64,000 nt of DNA from Alloascoidea hylecoeti (Eukaryota), in NCBI GenBank assembly GCA_001600815.1, contig BCKZ01000024.1, forward strand, positions 62,001-126,000. Direction: 5' to 3'. A model generated the notes under the pieces. That model searched no databases, was not told the DNA's origin, and saw only the letters and a program-made list of their open reading frames with translations. A program made the position numbers and the translations under genes. This document shows, piece by piece, positions 1 to 10,445 of the stretch (the stretch's first letter is position 1; each line of letters begins with the position of its first letter).

Positions 1-368
1 AACAGGATCACCAACGGTTACACCAGCAGTTTCTTCGTAAACTTGAATGGTAGCTTTATCACTATCAATTCTAATAACTTCACCAACCAAATTATCATGG
101 CCGACTTTGACCAATTCGTACATGGCACAACCAATCATGTTTTCGGCGACGATGACAGGGCCAGAAACGGAATAGATTTGGCCATATTCACTTTCAGAGT
201 GATCATCTAATGATAGTCTCTTTAGCTCCTTTCGGGCATTTTCTAAAGCACCAGCCTATAAATTAATTAGGGGGTCAGTTTTACACACAATTGATTTCAA
301 CAGGCTGGATAATGTGATGAGTCGAAAACTCAGGAATCAATTCGCAGCCAAACAAAGAGACGTACCAT
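1..368 (-). CDS. VMA1: V-ATPase catalytic subunit A, 5' end only (exon 1 = ATG at 368-366; intron 365-256; exon 2 from 255 runs off the window)
   Basis: Manual translation gives [86 protein letters not shown]. The donor is GTACGT and the 3' end is CTAAT...TAG. Confidence 0.97.
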
Positions 369-437
369 TTTGTATGTAGATTTGACTGGACGGGAGAACA
401 GAGTACGAAGTTGGACAATAAAGACAATCAGAAGGGA

Positions 438-690
438 GGGTAACTCTCCGGGGCCGGGTAATGTGCTGTGGCCGGGTGACCGTGCGGGCCGGGTAACTCT
501 CCGGGGCCGGGTAACGCGCTGCGCTCTGGGTGTGTGGGTGTGCGGGTGTGCGGGCGGCCAATGGAAAGAGTGGAATCTCGCCTGATCCCGAGTGGCCAAT
601 GGAGGCCGGCTGCGAATTAATAATATCAGGAGCAGATCAGAATCTCCGTGTCACGTGCAGGCTTATAACCACGCTAACGTAATAAACGAA
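438..690. promoter_or_regulatory. GC-rich divergent VMA1/ERG6 promoter with Reb1-like sites, a TG-rich tract, two CCAAT boxes, GTCACGTG and an SRE-like TAAACGA
   Basis: CCGGGT(A/G)A at 454, 472, 489 and 507; GGGTGTG(T/C) repeats at 528-554; GGCCAATGG twice; GTCACGTG at about 650; TAAACGA at 683-689. Confidence 0.6.
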
Positions 691-746
691 ACCACACAAC
701 TGAAAAGTTCCCACAACATTCACCACCATTCCTTATTTATAACACA

Positions 747-2085
747 ATGTCTTCAACTAGCGTTTACACCCCCAAGCTTGCTGAGAAGAACTTCAGTGCC
801 GATAAAGATTTTGCCAAAGCTTTGCACGGATCTAATGTTGGGCAAAATAGTGGGCTAGGTGCTGTTATAGGAAAGGATAAGAAGGCCACTGAAGTTGCTA
901 TCGAAGGGTATTTCAAACATTGGGACGGAAATACTGATGCTGAGCGTGAACATGTGAGTATCTACTAAAGCGGATCATATCAGATCAAATCATTTTTAAA
1001 ATAACGGTGGTGTTAACTGAAGATTTTACTGTAGGATCGTTTGGATGATTATTCCGCCTTGACAAAGCATTACTATAATTTAGTTACTGATTGTAAGTTA
1101 ATCATTCCAGACACCGAACCTATTAACTTATTAACACGAGCTTTCTAGTCTATGAATATGGCTGGGGATCTTCTTTCCATTTTTCTCGTTACTACAAAGG
1201 TGAAGCTTTTAGGCAAGCAACTGCCAGGTATGTTGATCCATTGTTTGATTTCATGGAGGAAAATTCACTAATCATATATGAAATAGACATGAACATTATT
1301 TAGCTCTAAAAATGGGTATTAAAGAAAATTATAAAGTTCTTGATGTTGGTTGTGGTGTTGGAGGACCGGCTCGGGAAATTAGTAGATTTACCGGGTGTTC
1401 AATTGTTGGATTAAATAATAATGATTATCAAGTTGAAAGAGCCAATTATTATTCAAAAGTTTATAAATTAGCAGATAAACTATCATTTGTTAAAGGAGAT
1501 TTCATGCAAATGGATTTTGAACCAGAAACGTTTGATGCTGTTTATGCAATTGAAGCAACGGTTCATGCACCGGTTTTGGAAGGTGTTTATGGAGAAATTT
1601 ATAAAGTTTTAAAACCGGGTGGTGTTTTTGGAGTTTACGAGTGGGTTATGACAGATTCTTATGATGAAAGTAATCCTGAACATCGTGCGATTGCTTATGG
1701 AATTGAAATTGGAGATGGGATTCCCAAAATGTATAAGACCGAGGTAGCAAGAAACGCTTTGAAGAATGTAGGATTTGAGATTGAATATGAAAAAGATCTT
1801 GCTGATATGGACGACGAGATCCCATGGTATTATCCATTGATGGGATCATGGAAATACATGCAAACGTTTGGCGATTTCTTCACGATTGTCAGAACCTCGA
1901 AGTTTGGCAGATTTGTTACAATGGAGGGGTGTGGATTGCTGGAGAAGGTGGGCATTGCACCCAAGGGAACGAAGCAGGTGACGGCCGCACTGGAGGATGC
2001 AGCCGTGAACTTGGTGAAGGGAGGACAGGAGAAGCTGTTCACACCGATGATGTTGTTTGTCGTGAGAAAGCCTCTTCATGAATAA
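747..2085 (+). CDS. ERG6: Sterol 24-C-methyltransferase; exons 747-953, 1035-1092, 1149-1227, 1287-2085
   Basis: The spliced product contains [59 protein letters not shown] and KLFTPMM. All three GT-AG introns keep frame. Confidence 0.97.
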
Positions 2086-2247
2086 TCCAATAATTATATA
2101 ATTATGTACTTTAAAATAATAATTCGAGTGTTTGTGTTACCACGCCAACGGCATTGGGTTTGAGGTTAAATTTAAAATTGGAAGGTTGCGAGCTGCAATA
2201 TAATATCTTCGCTCGCTCTTCGCTGACCCACATTCTGATTCCGACCG

Positions 2248-4254
2248 ATGTTCCACAGCCACCGCTACCAGGGCCACGGCGACTTCGAGGATGTCTGCAT
2301 CGACGCACCCTCGCCCGCCCCGCCCTCGCCCGCCCCGCCCCCGCCCGCCAAGTACACGCCCAAATACGTCCGCCGACGCTCCTCGCGTCCCTCAGCCGTG
2401 TTCGACCTGGGCATGGCTGGAATGGACTCTCCCGGCGACCGTGGCTCCTCCGTGTCCAGTGCCGTGTCCAGTCTGACGAGCTTCTCGTCCAACAGCAGCC
2501 GCGAGAACATTGGCTCTCCGGCCAAGATGCCCTCCAGAAAAGACCTCAAATCAGCCCCGGCCCCGGCCCCGGCCCCTGCATCGAGATCTCAACCTTCCGA
2601 CGAGACTGCAGACGACTTCATTCCAGCAGATGCCATACTATTCAATGTTCCGTTATCTCCAACCACTTTAAGACAAGACCCCCGCTTCTCAAGACACCCG
2701 AGCCTCAAAGTTCTCGGTAATCAGGACGACCCGACGATGCTGTCCCCACCATCTCCTTCAGCTCCCAATTTAGAACGGTTATCCAAATTTGAAAAAAATT
2801 CAATTTCAAACTCACTTCTACAACCTAAATCGCTAAGTTTGATTGAATCCTTAAGTCAAAATAATATTTCTTCACTTGACAGTTATAATATCAATGGGAA
2901 TGGTGATACTGGTGTACTTACTCCATCTGGTTTTTACCAATCAAAAAGAAAATCCCAAATTATCGGTAAAACAAGACCAGCTTGGTTACCCCCAAAAGCT
3001 CCATCTGAAGAACAAGAACATTTAAAACAATTTGAAAAAATGTTAACATTATCAATAAAATCTGATAAATTAAAATTAAAAAAAAATTTATTACGAAAAA
3101 ATCAATCTTTGATACAAAAAAATAATGATTTTAAAATTTGGGAAAATAAATATCTTAATATGATTAAAAATAATAATTTTTATTTTGATCCTGAAAGAAT
3201 TAATGAATGGAAAATTTTAATATGGCATGGTATACCAATTCAAAATAGATTAATTGTTTGGAAATGGATAATTAAAAATGATTTAAAATTTTCAAATTTA
3301 AATTTTAAAGAATTAAAAATTGAAATTAAAAATTTATTAAAAAATTTAAATGAATTTAATGAAAAAAAATTTCAATATGAAAAAAATAAAATAATTAATA
3401 ACAATGAAAAAGAAATTGATTCAAGAAAGATTAAATTTCAATTGTATCAATTGAAACAAAAATGGAATAAAATATTATTAACTAAAAAAATTCAAAATCA
3501 AATTAATGATGATTTATTAAAATTTGATTTATCAAATTATCATTATCATAATTCAAATTTATATGATATTATTTATAATTTATCATTATTAATTGTTTTT
3601 TATTCAGATGATTTAACAAATCAATTTATTGAAAAAAAAATTAATATAGTTTCATTAGTTTCAATTTTTGTTTTAAATTCTGATAAAAATTTTGATAAAA
3701 ATTTTGATAATGATAATGATAATGAATATGAATATGAATATAATATATTTATTTCAATTTTAAATTTTTTAAATTTAGGAATTTGGAATTATTTTTATAA
3801 ACAACAACAACAATCATCATCATCAACAATTTTAAATTATTTTGATAAATCATTAATTAAAATTTTAAAAAAAAATCAATTAATTAATTTATTAAATCAT
3901 TTTGATAAAATTGGTTTAGATTTAAATATTTATATTGGTTATATTTGGAGTGGTTTATTTCATGGAATTGTATCATTATCAATTTCTTCAAGATTAATGG
4001 ATATTTGTTTAGGTTTAAAGAAAATAAATTATAAGAATTATCTTGATGGTAATAAAGATGATGAAATTATAATTGATTCAAATATAATTATATCAATTTT
4101 AACAACTATTTTAATAAGATTAGAATTTCGATTATATGGAAGTTTTGAAGAATGTATAAATGTTTTAATGAATATTAATGATACTAAAAATTTATACATT
4201 GAAGATGAAGATGATTTTATTAAACAAGTGTTGGAAGTATTTTTAAATATATAG
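2248..4254 (+). CDS. Degenerate Rab-GAP TBC-domain / Sbe2-Sbe22-like protein
   Basis: TRPAWLPPKAPSEEQEHLKQFEKM motif, followed by TBC-like LIWHGIP..R..VW and SRLMDI segments; Pro/Ser-rich N-terminus. Confidence 0.65.
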   Translation: MFHSHRYQGHGDFEDVCIDAPSPAPPSPAPPPPAKYTPKYVRRRSSRPSAVFDLGMAGMDSPGDRGSSVSSAVSSLTSFSSNSSRENIGSPAKMPSRKDLKSAPAPAPAPASRSQPSDETADDFIPADAILFNVPLSPTTLRQDPRFSRHPSLKVLGNQDDPTMLSPPSPSAPNLERLSKFEKNSISNSLLQPKSLSLIESLSQNNISSLDSYNINGNGDTGVLTPSGFYQSKRKSQIIGKTRPAWLPPKAPSEEQEHLKQFEKMLTLSIKSDKLKLKKNLLRKNQSLIQKNNDFKIWENKYLNMIKNNNFYFDPERINEWKILIWHGIPIQNRLIVWKWIIKNDLKFSNLNFKELKIEIKNLLKNLNEFNEKKFQYEKNKIINNNEKEIDSRKIKFQLYQLKQKWNKILLTKKIQNQINDDLLKFDLSNYHYHNSNLYDIIYNLSLLIVFYSDDLTNQFIEKKINIVSLVSIFVLNSDKNFDKNFDNDNDNEYEYEYNIFISILNFLNLGIWNYFYKQQQQSSSSTILNYFDKSLIKILKKNQLINLLNHFDKIGLDLNIYIGYIWSGLFHGIVSLSISSRLMDICLGLKKINYKNYLDGNKDDEIIIDSNIIISILTTILIRLEFRLYGSFEECINVLMNINDTKNLYIEDEDDFIKQVLEVFLNI

Positions 4255-4424
4255 GATTTTCTCAAATTTTTTTCAAATTTTTTTTTTTTTTTTCACTTTT
4301 TGGTTTCTTTTATAGAAAACCTTTTTAGCAATTGCTTTTACTTTTGATATCATATTTAATCATTTCTGGGGATGCATATGAACATTATACCTGCTTAAGC
4401 TTGGTTTGGGGTACTTATTATTAT

Positions 4425-4458
<34 letters not shown>

Positions 4459-4736
4459 CCCTTTCTCTATTATTATTTATTACTTTAACTTCTTCAAAGA
4501 TATAGTAATTAGAACCTTTCTTTTAATTTACTATTCATTATCATTTAATGCTTTATTATTGATTATAATCATATCGATTTTCTCTCTTAATAACTTGTTT
4601 CTTATTCTCAAAATCTAATTCATAAAGTTTACACCTATGTATCTTTATATGGTATTATGATACATATAATATAAGATATAATCCAACTAATATTAACTAT
4701 ATTCGAATATGGTATAGCCGTGGTTGTTAACTATAT

Positions 4737-5563
4737 GGCCATTCCACTTAGTTTCGGCCACGCACAAGGACTAGCTAAATATTTGGGCCACGTAATTTGT
4801 ATGATTTTCACCTGATACCGTAAAGTTTATACTTTAACCCTCTTCTGTACCCATTCTTGCTTTGCTTAACTACTTGATCCATGCCAATGTGTCACTTGAA
4901 TACTCTACAAGGCCTTAAACTGTGCTTAAAATAATGTATAATGTTCAATCTAAAGATAATAATAGTATATTAATTAACTTTTTAAAAACTTCTATATAAT
5001 TATATTCCATGTCTACAATCAATGGAATTGGATTTTTCAACTTTCTTACTTTTAACATCTCTACATTAATTAGGTACCACCATTCTAACTTTCTTGAAAT
5101 GATACTTTCGACTTCAATACTTGGCATATTGGGTTCGGGTTCATTAAAAGCAAGGAATCAATGTGATGAAATGTCTCAGCACACAATCTCTATATATCCA
5201 TATCCCCCTCTTTTATCATCATAGACTATCAATCTTGCTAGTAGTTTTCGTGTTGCTTCACATTCTGTTGCAATATTCATTCACCATAAGCCCGTGCAAT
5301 CATTAGATCGACAATGACTTGACATCCATGAAATAGTTGCTTTGTTATTCAATTAATATCAACTTTCTCTACTTGAGCACACTTTCTAGATTAAATTCTT
5401 TGACAATATAGCCCCACCCCTGATGTAAGAACATTCCTTCTTCGTATAATGTGAAACTTGTATCGGGTAGTACGTACAAGGATACTGTATCCAGCGAAAT
5501 GTTGGCCCATAGAAAACGCAATCGGGCCGTGAATGTGTGGCTTAAATTAAGTGGAAGGAGTGA
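4737..5563. mobile_element. Degenerate TIR-bounded element (MITE or DNA-transposon remnant, possibly Tc1/mariner-pogo type)
   Basis: CCATTCCACTTAGTTTCGGCCAC at 4739-4761 and an imperfect inverted copy GTGGCTTAAATTAAGTGGAAGG at 5537-5558. Further copies of the motif occur at 37121 and 61631. Confidence 0.6.
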
Positions 5564-5812
5564 CTGCTGTAAATTGTTCTGCAGCACCACAATTATAATA
5601 CAGCGGGCATGGCGGTTGTAATAATACGCAGGGATTGCATGTGTCAGAAACACTAATTAATTTACTAACATACGGTGCAAATACGCTACCCACCGGTAAT
5701 CAAAAGATAAGTATTTATTCATGAACCAATATTAGCAGCAATTCTTGGTGTTCAATAGCTATAAAATCATAAAATGACAAATTGAATTACATGATATGCA
5801 TTGTAATTGAAT

Positions 5813-6081
5813 TTAAAGGAGTTTACCACCAGGGACTTGACTCTTGATGTATTTCTATAGAATGAAAAGGTTAATTAGTAACGAGAATAATATATTGATC
5901 GAAAGTGTATATTCTTTGATTGATCACTTACTTCAACTGTCTCATCAACTTTCTTCTCGATTGTTGATTCTTTCTTTTGATCAAGACCAAGGGTTTCTTC
6001 GAAGGAATCGAGTTGTTTGCGGATGACACCTTTTTGTTCTGGTTGTCCGGTGAGTTTGTTAACAGCGTTGAGAAGATCCAT
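5813..6081 (-). CDS. Small hydrophilic uncharacterised protein, 63 aa (exons 6081-5932, 5854-5813); paralog of the neighbouring gene
   Basis: MDLLNAVNKLTGQPEQKGVIRKQLDSFEETLGLDQKKESTIEKKVDETVE|KYIKSQVPGGKLL*. GTAAGT donor and CTAAT...TAG 3' end; upstream TATAAAAA and CCCCT. Confidence 0.8.
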
Positions 6082-6388
6082 TGTAATAAGATAATAAAGT
6101 ATGAGTTGGAAGTGATAAAGACGAGAAGAAAAAGAAGGGAACTCCAGGGGTTTTTATAGACGAATTGCACGGAATCTAGAATCTACGAATCATCTCCGAA
6201 GTGCTACGAATTACATATATGATTGATTATCCAGTCTTTATAGTGAAACAGTTCATTCATGTTATGTATAATCCGTATGCAAATTCAAGGATTACAGCCA
6301 ATTTGAGATTTTACTGACATTCGAATTTAATATTACGTCTGATTATAAATTGGTAGCTAGATACATACAATCTTAATTAGCTATACCA

Positions 6389-6735
6389 TCACTTCTTTCC
6401 GAACCCAGACAGTTGTTTAGAAACGAAGCTCTGTGATTGGTTAGCACTGGATATATATCGCCTAATAATAATAATAAAATACTTACTTCAACTTGGCCAT
6501 CGACCATCTTTTCCATGGCCGACTCGTTGTTTTGATCTAGCCCGAATCGAGATTCAACATTGTCAAGTTGTTTACGGACGAAACTCTTGGAACTGTTGTT
6601 GTTCTGGTTCTGCTGATCACCATTGTCGTTTCTAGATGAATTGTCATTAGAATTTCCATTGGAATTGCCAGATGAATTAGCTGCTAAATTGCTAGCCGAG
6701 TTGGCGAGATTGCTAATAGTGTTAAAGAAACTCAT
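6389..6735 (-). CDS. Small Asn-rich uncharacterised protein (exons 6735-6487, 6430-6389); paralog of the previous gene
   Basis: MSFFNTISN...FVRKQLDNVESRFGLDQNNESAMEKMVDGQVE|SFVSKQLSGFGKK*. GTAAGT...GCTAAC...CAG intron at the same codon position as in the paralog. Confidence 0.8.
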
Positions 6736-7018
6736 TATGATTGATATATATATAATACGAATAATCTGAAGAAGGAAGAAAACAGAAAATTGGAGGGTTG
6801 TCGGTATCTTAAGTAGCTTCACTTTTATCATTAGACTTTTATATGCATGTAAAAAACATACTACTTGCGGCTCGTGAAGCTCGTAAAGTGCAGATACGTA
6901 TACGTGATAGATCTTAGGCTTCTTACTAGTTCTTAGCCCTTTTATTCTACTAATGAAGACGAAAGATGAAAAAATTTATTGTTTCTATTAAATTAAAGAT
7001 TCTATTTGAATATAAATG

Positions 7019-9277
7019 TTACGTCGGTGGTGAATTGGATCTTGAAGACGAGCTTTGTGGATTCTGATACCCATGCGGCGTAGAAGATCGTGTATTATGC
7101 CCGCTACATCCTCGTCCATTACTCAATAAGTTATTTCTTTCACGAAGTATATCTCCTAACGTAGCTGTATGATGCTTCAAAAATCCAATGTCTGAATTAA
7201 GTCTCTTTACTTCTTCCTCCTTCATTTCCTTTTGTTCTTCCAAATATAACGTCTTTAGCTTAATTGAAAGGTCTGCATTCTTAAGCTTATCGATTAATGT
7301 CGTATGTTGGACCTTTATATCTTTCAATTCGCCGTTTAACTTCAGGGATTCTAATGATTTGTCTCTGTATTGTTCCCGTGATTTATCGTTTTCTTTGCCT
7401 AATTTATCCAACAGTTCTTCCACTTCTTTAATTCGTTTCTTTAAATCGGCTTTTTTAACTTCTTGTTCTTCCATCTTGATGGAATCTATTTTGCTGTTTC
7501 CATTCGCCACTTCCCTATATCTATTCCACAATTCTTTTTTCTTCTCATATCTATTCAAAGCTCTTTGATAGTCAAGCTCCTGCCTTTCATTCTTTTTATC
7601 CTCGTGTTTAATTTCATTCCCTAAAACTTGCCACTTTTGATATAAATCTGCTGTTCTTAAATTAGTAGAATCAATTTCATTTTGCCGTATAGATTCTCGT
7701 TCTTGTAATGGCTTTAATGCTTCCTTTTGTTTCTCAACTACTTTTTTTAACTCTGTTAAGTTTTCATTTAGTTGTTTGGTTAATACTTGTTTATAATGTT
7801 GATTGCGAACTTGAGAAGTTTCAAATATCGTCGAATTAATACCAGAATCATCTTTATAATCTAAAGCCAATGATGTATCAATCTTCAATCTTTTATTATT
7901 ATTTGTATAATCATCATCATCATCCTCATCATTATCTGGATCAAAATTTACTGAGTAATTTTCATTAAAAGCTCTTTCAACTTTATCTTTAAATATTGGA
8001 TTAAAAGTTGGTAAATTTGTAAATTTATCATTTTCTTCTTTACCTAAATATTTATGATTTAAAATATTTTTTAAAACATTTGGAATTGAAATTAATTTAT
8101 TAATTAATAAATTTTCATCTTTTTTTTGATTATTTTGATTTTTTGAAAATTTAACATATTCTCCTCTTGATTGTACAGCTACCAATAATGCTTTTAATTT
8201 TAAATCTTCTTCACTAAAATGAGCCAATTGTTGAAAATATACAAATCCATGATCAATTGAATTATATGTAATGAGTCGTATTACTGGAATTGGAAGACGG
8301 AATCCTGCAAGATTATTATCAAATAATTTGACATCAAAACTAGTATCAAATGAAATGATCAAGTCAATATCGTCACTAATTAATGTAAATTGAGAAACTA
8401 ATTGGCTTGTAGACATTAATTGAAATGTAGTTGGATATTCTAAAGAATCAGTTATTACTTTTTTAACTGGTATTTCTTCCTTGTATTTATGTAAATTATG
8501 TTTTCCTTTCCCACGCTTTGTTTTTGAATGCTCTTTTGGTGAAGCTTTTGAATAGTGATAAGTTGTAGTTGTTGGTTGACTAAACAAAGACGTTCCAGTG
8601 ATTCTTACACAATTTACCTTCCTCCCGAGAATAAATGCCTCAACAAGGTCTAATTCTTTTCCTGATTGAGCAACAAGAACAACATTTAATTTTTTATTTG
8701 CACTTTGGGGTTGGGTGTTCAAATCTTTAAGGTGTGGCTGTTGTAAAACATCAATTAATACCCTAAGCATTTCAAATTTCCCACTTGCATGTTCGAATCG
8801 TTCCGGTGGTTCCTTTAATAATGAGTTTTTAGGAATATAATGATCAACTAATAGATATGGGTGTATTGTAATTGTTTTTAAACTATGATCAATTAAATGT
8901 AAAGATTGTATTAAAGAATCACGCTCTGCGTTTATTTTTTCAAGTTTTGCTTCTTCCTTAACAACTTTAATCCCATTAGTCTTATTAAGAAAATCTACCA
9001 TTGTAATTATTTCATCCCGATGTAATGCAAGAAGTTGCTCAGTTAAGTCTATTTGAATTTCACTCATTTTCACCGGGAAATAAAATAGTTTAAATAATTT
9101 TTCCTCTTCTGTCTTTATCGTATAACAAGCATCTGAAAGAGCTTCAAGTCCACCATTACAAGACGCCTCCATATCAATATCCATAGAGTCTCCATTCTGA
9201 ACGGGCCATTTATCATCCACTAACTGGAGTGATCTAGCAACTTGAGGTTGCGTATCTAATAATTGCGTAAGGTCCAT
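7019..9277 (-). CDS. HDA2: HDA1 histone deacetylase complex subunit of the Hda2/Hda3 family (most Hda2-like)
   Basis: HPYLLVDHYIPK, SGKFEML and KELDLVEAFILG...ITGTSL motifs; long C-terminal coiled coil; RSSTP tail. Confidence 0.8.
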   Translation of the reverse strand: MDLTQLLDTQPQVARSLQLVDDKWPVQNGDSMDIDMEASCNGGLEALSDACYTIKTEEEKLFKLFYFPVKMSEIQIDLTEQLLALHRDEIITMVDFLNKTNGIKVVKEEAKLEKINAERDSLIQSLHLIDHSLKTITIHPYLLVDHYIPKNSLLKEPPERFEHASGKFEMLRVLIDVLQQPHLKDLNTQPQSANKKLNVVLVAQSGKELDLVEAFILGRKVNCVRITGTSLFSQPTTTTYHYSKASPKEHSKTKRGKGKHNLHKYKEEIPVKKVITDSLEYPTTFQLMSTSQLVSQFTLISDDIDLIISFDTSFDVKLFDNNLAGFRLPIPVIRLITYNSIDHGFVYFQQLAHFSEEDLKLKALLVAVQSRGEYVKFSKNQNNQKKDENLLINKLISIPNVLKNILNHKYLGKEENDKFTNLPTFNPIFKDKVERAFNENYSVNFDPDNDEDDDDDYTNNNKRLKIDTSLALDYKDDSGINSTIFETSQVRNQHYKQVLTKQLNENLTELKKVVEKQKEALKPLQERESIRQNEIDSTNLRTADLYQKWQVLGNEIKHEDKKNERQELDYQRALNRYEKKKELWNRYREVANGNSKIDSIKMEEQEVKKADLKKRIKEVEELLDKLGKENDKSREQYRDKSLESLKLNGELKDIKVQHTTLIDKLKNADLSIKLKTLYLEEQKEMKEEEVKRLNSDIGFLKHHTATLGDILRERNNLLSNGRGCSGHNTRSSTPHGYQNPQSSSSRSNSPPT

Positions 9278-10445
9278 AAATAATAATATCTAATGTAATG
9301 TGGTAAAATAACAGAAGAACCAAACGTTAAAAATATCGAACACGAAAAAAATAAAGACGAATCCCGGAAATGTACTGATTATCACGCGTTCGGGGAAAAA
9401 GCAGCTTTTTAAAAAGAGGAAGAATCAACTAAAATATAAAACAATATTAAATATAAATTTAAAAGTATATTCTTATGCCTTATGATTTCGATAAAAATTG
9501 ATAAAGATAAAAAAGATGGGGAAAGGCAACCGGTGGGAATAAGAAGAAAGAAGTTACAGAAGCTAAAATTTAATATTTAATTATTATTACCCCATCACAC
9601 CCTTAGTTTATATTATTATTTATATTTCCAGAAAACACAAAATGGACATTATTATCAGATAAAGATCTACACTGTAAACATTTCATCTGTTATAACTACT
9701 ACCGCTATTCACTCCTGATATTTAATCCATCTTCTTCCTATGGCCAATAAAAGGCCTTCGAAGGATGATTCAATACTTTTCCATACGCTGCAGAGCCAAA
9801 TATGCTTTTTCCGGCATGCACTGTTCGATCTATTAATTAATATCGCGAGCATGTTGACAGAACTTTCGGTACCCTGTGGGAGATAGCCCTTGAAATCAAT
9901 CACTTAAAGCACAAACCTTCAACCTCTGTAGTCCATCTCCAACATCGCAACTGATATAAGCAAGCAAATATCAACGGGGTACACACGGAACATTTTAACA
10001 TAACACAGTTTTGAAGTTATGCAGTTCGGCGTCTGGGTTTAGTCTCACCTTGCAATTGAGCTTGTTGTTGCAAATGATAACAAATGTTATCCATTTCACA
10101 GTCACCCTGCTACGTGCTGGTTATACGTAATTATATGTAATTATTAATAGAGATTGATCTGTTGAGATATACTACACTATGTCTTGAGTCTTGACCATTT
10201 TAGTTGCAGTATTCCATTAAAATCTTTTAAACCCCTTTAAATTTAGCACTTAAATTAAAGCAGTCTCACTTCAATATAGCATAGTTGTACGAGTAGTGAT
10301 GTACTACGTATGTTAGTTTATAAACCTTATGAACAACACAAATAATTAATGCAGTCATACAACTATTATTATAATTCAATACAATATGATTACAAGTAAC
10401 AGCCTACAATTCAAGGATAATAATTATAAAATTTATCCAAAGACC

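Noticed and set aside
1..255. VMA1 intein (VDE homing endonuclease)
   Set aside because: The known insertion site lies further into the gene, outside this window, so it cannot be assessed.
1935..2045. Possible CUG codon reassignment (Ser or Ala yeast clades)
   Set aside because: CTG encodes conserved Leu in ERG6 (ALEDAA, KLFTP) and in UBC1 (CLD), consistent with the standard code.
4406..4618. Hydrophobic small ORFs at 4406-4618, 25213-25407 and 49701-49904
   Set aside because: They arise from poly-T or (TTA)n UTR-type low-complexity sequence.
9600..10200. Moderately GC-richer intergenic stretch that might be a gene relic
   Set aside because: No recognisable protein motif in any frame and no repeat partner within the window.
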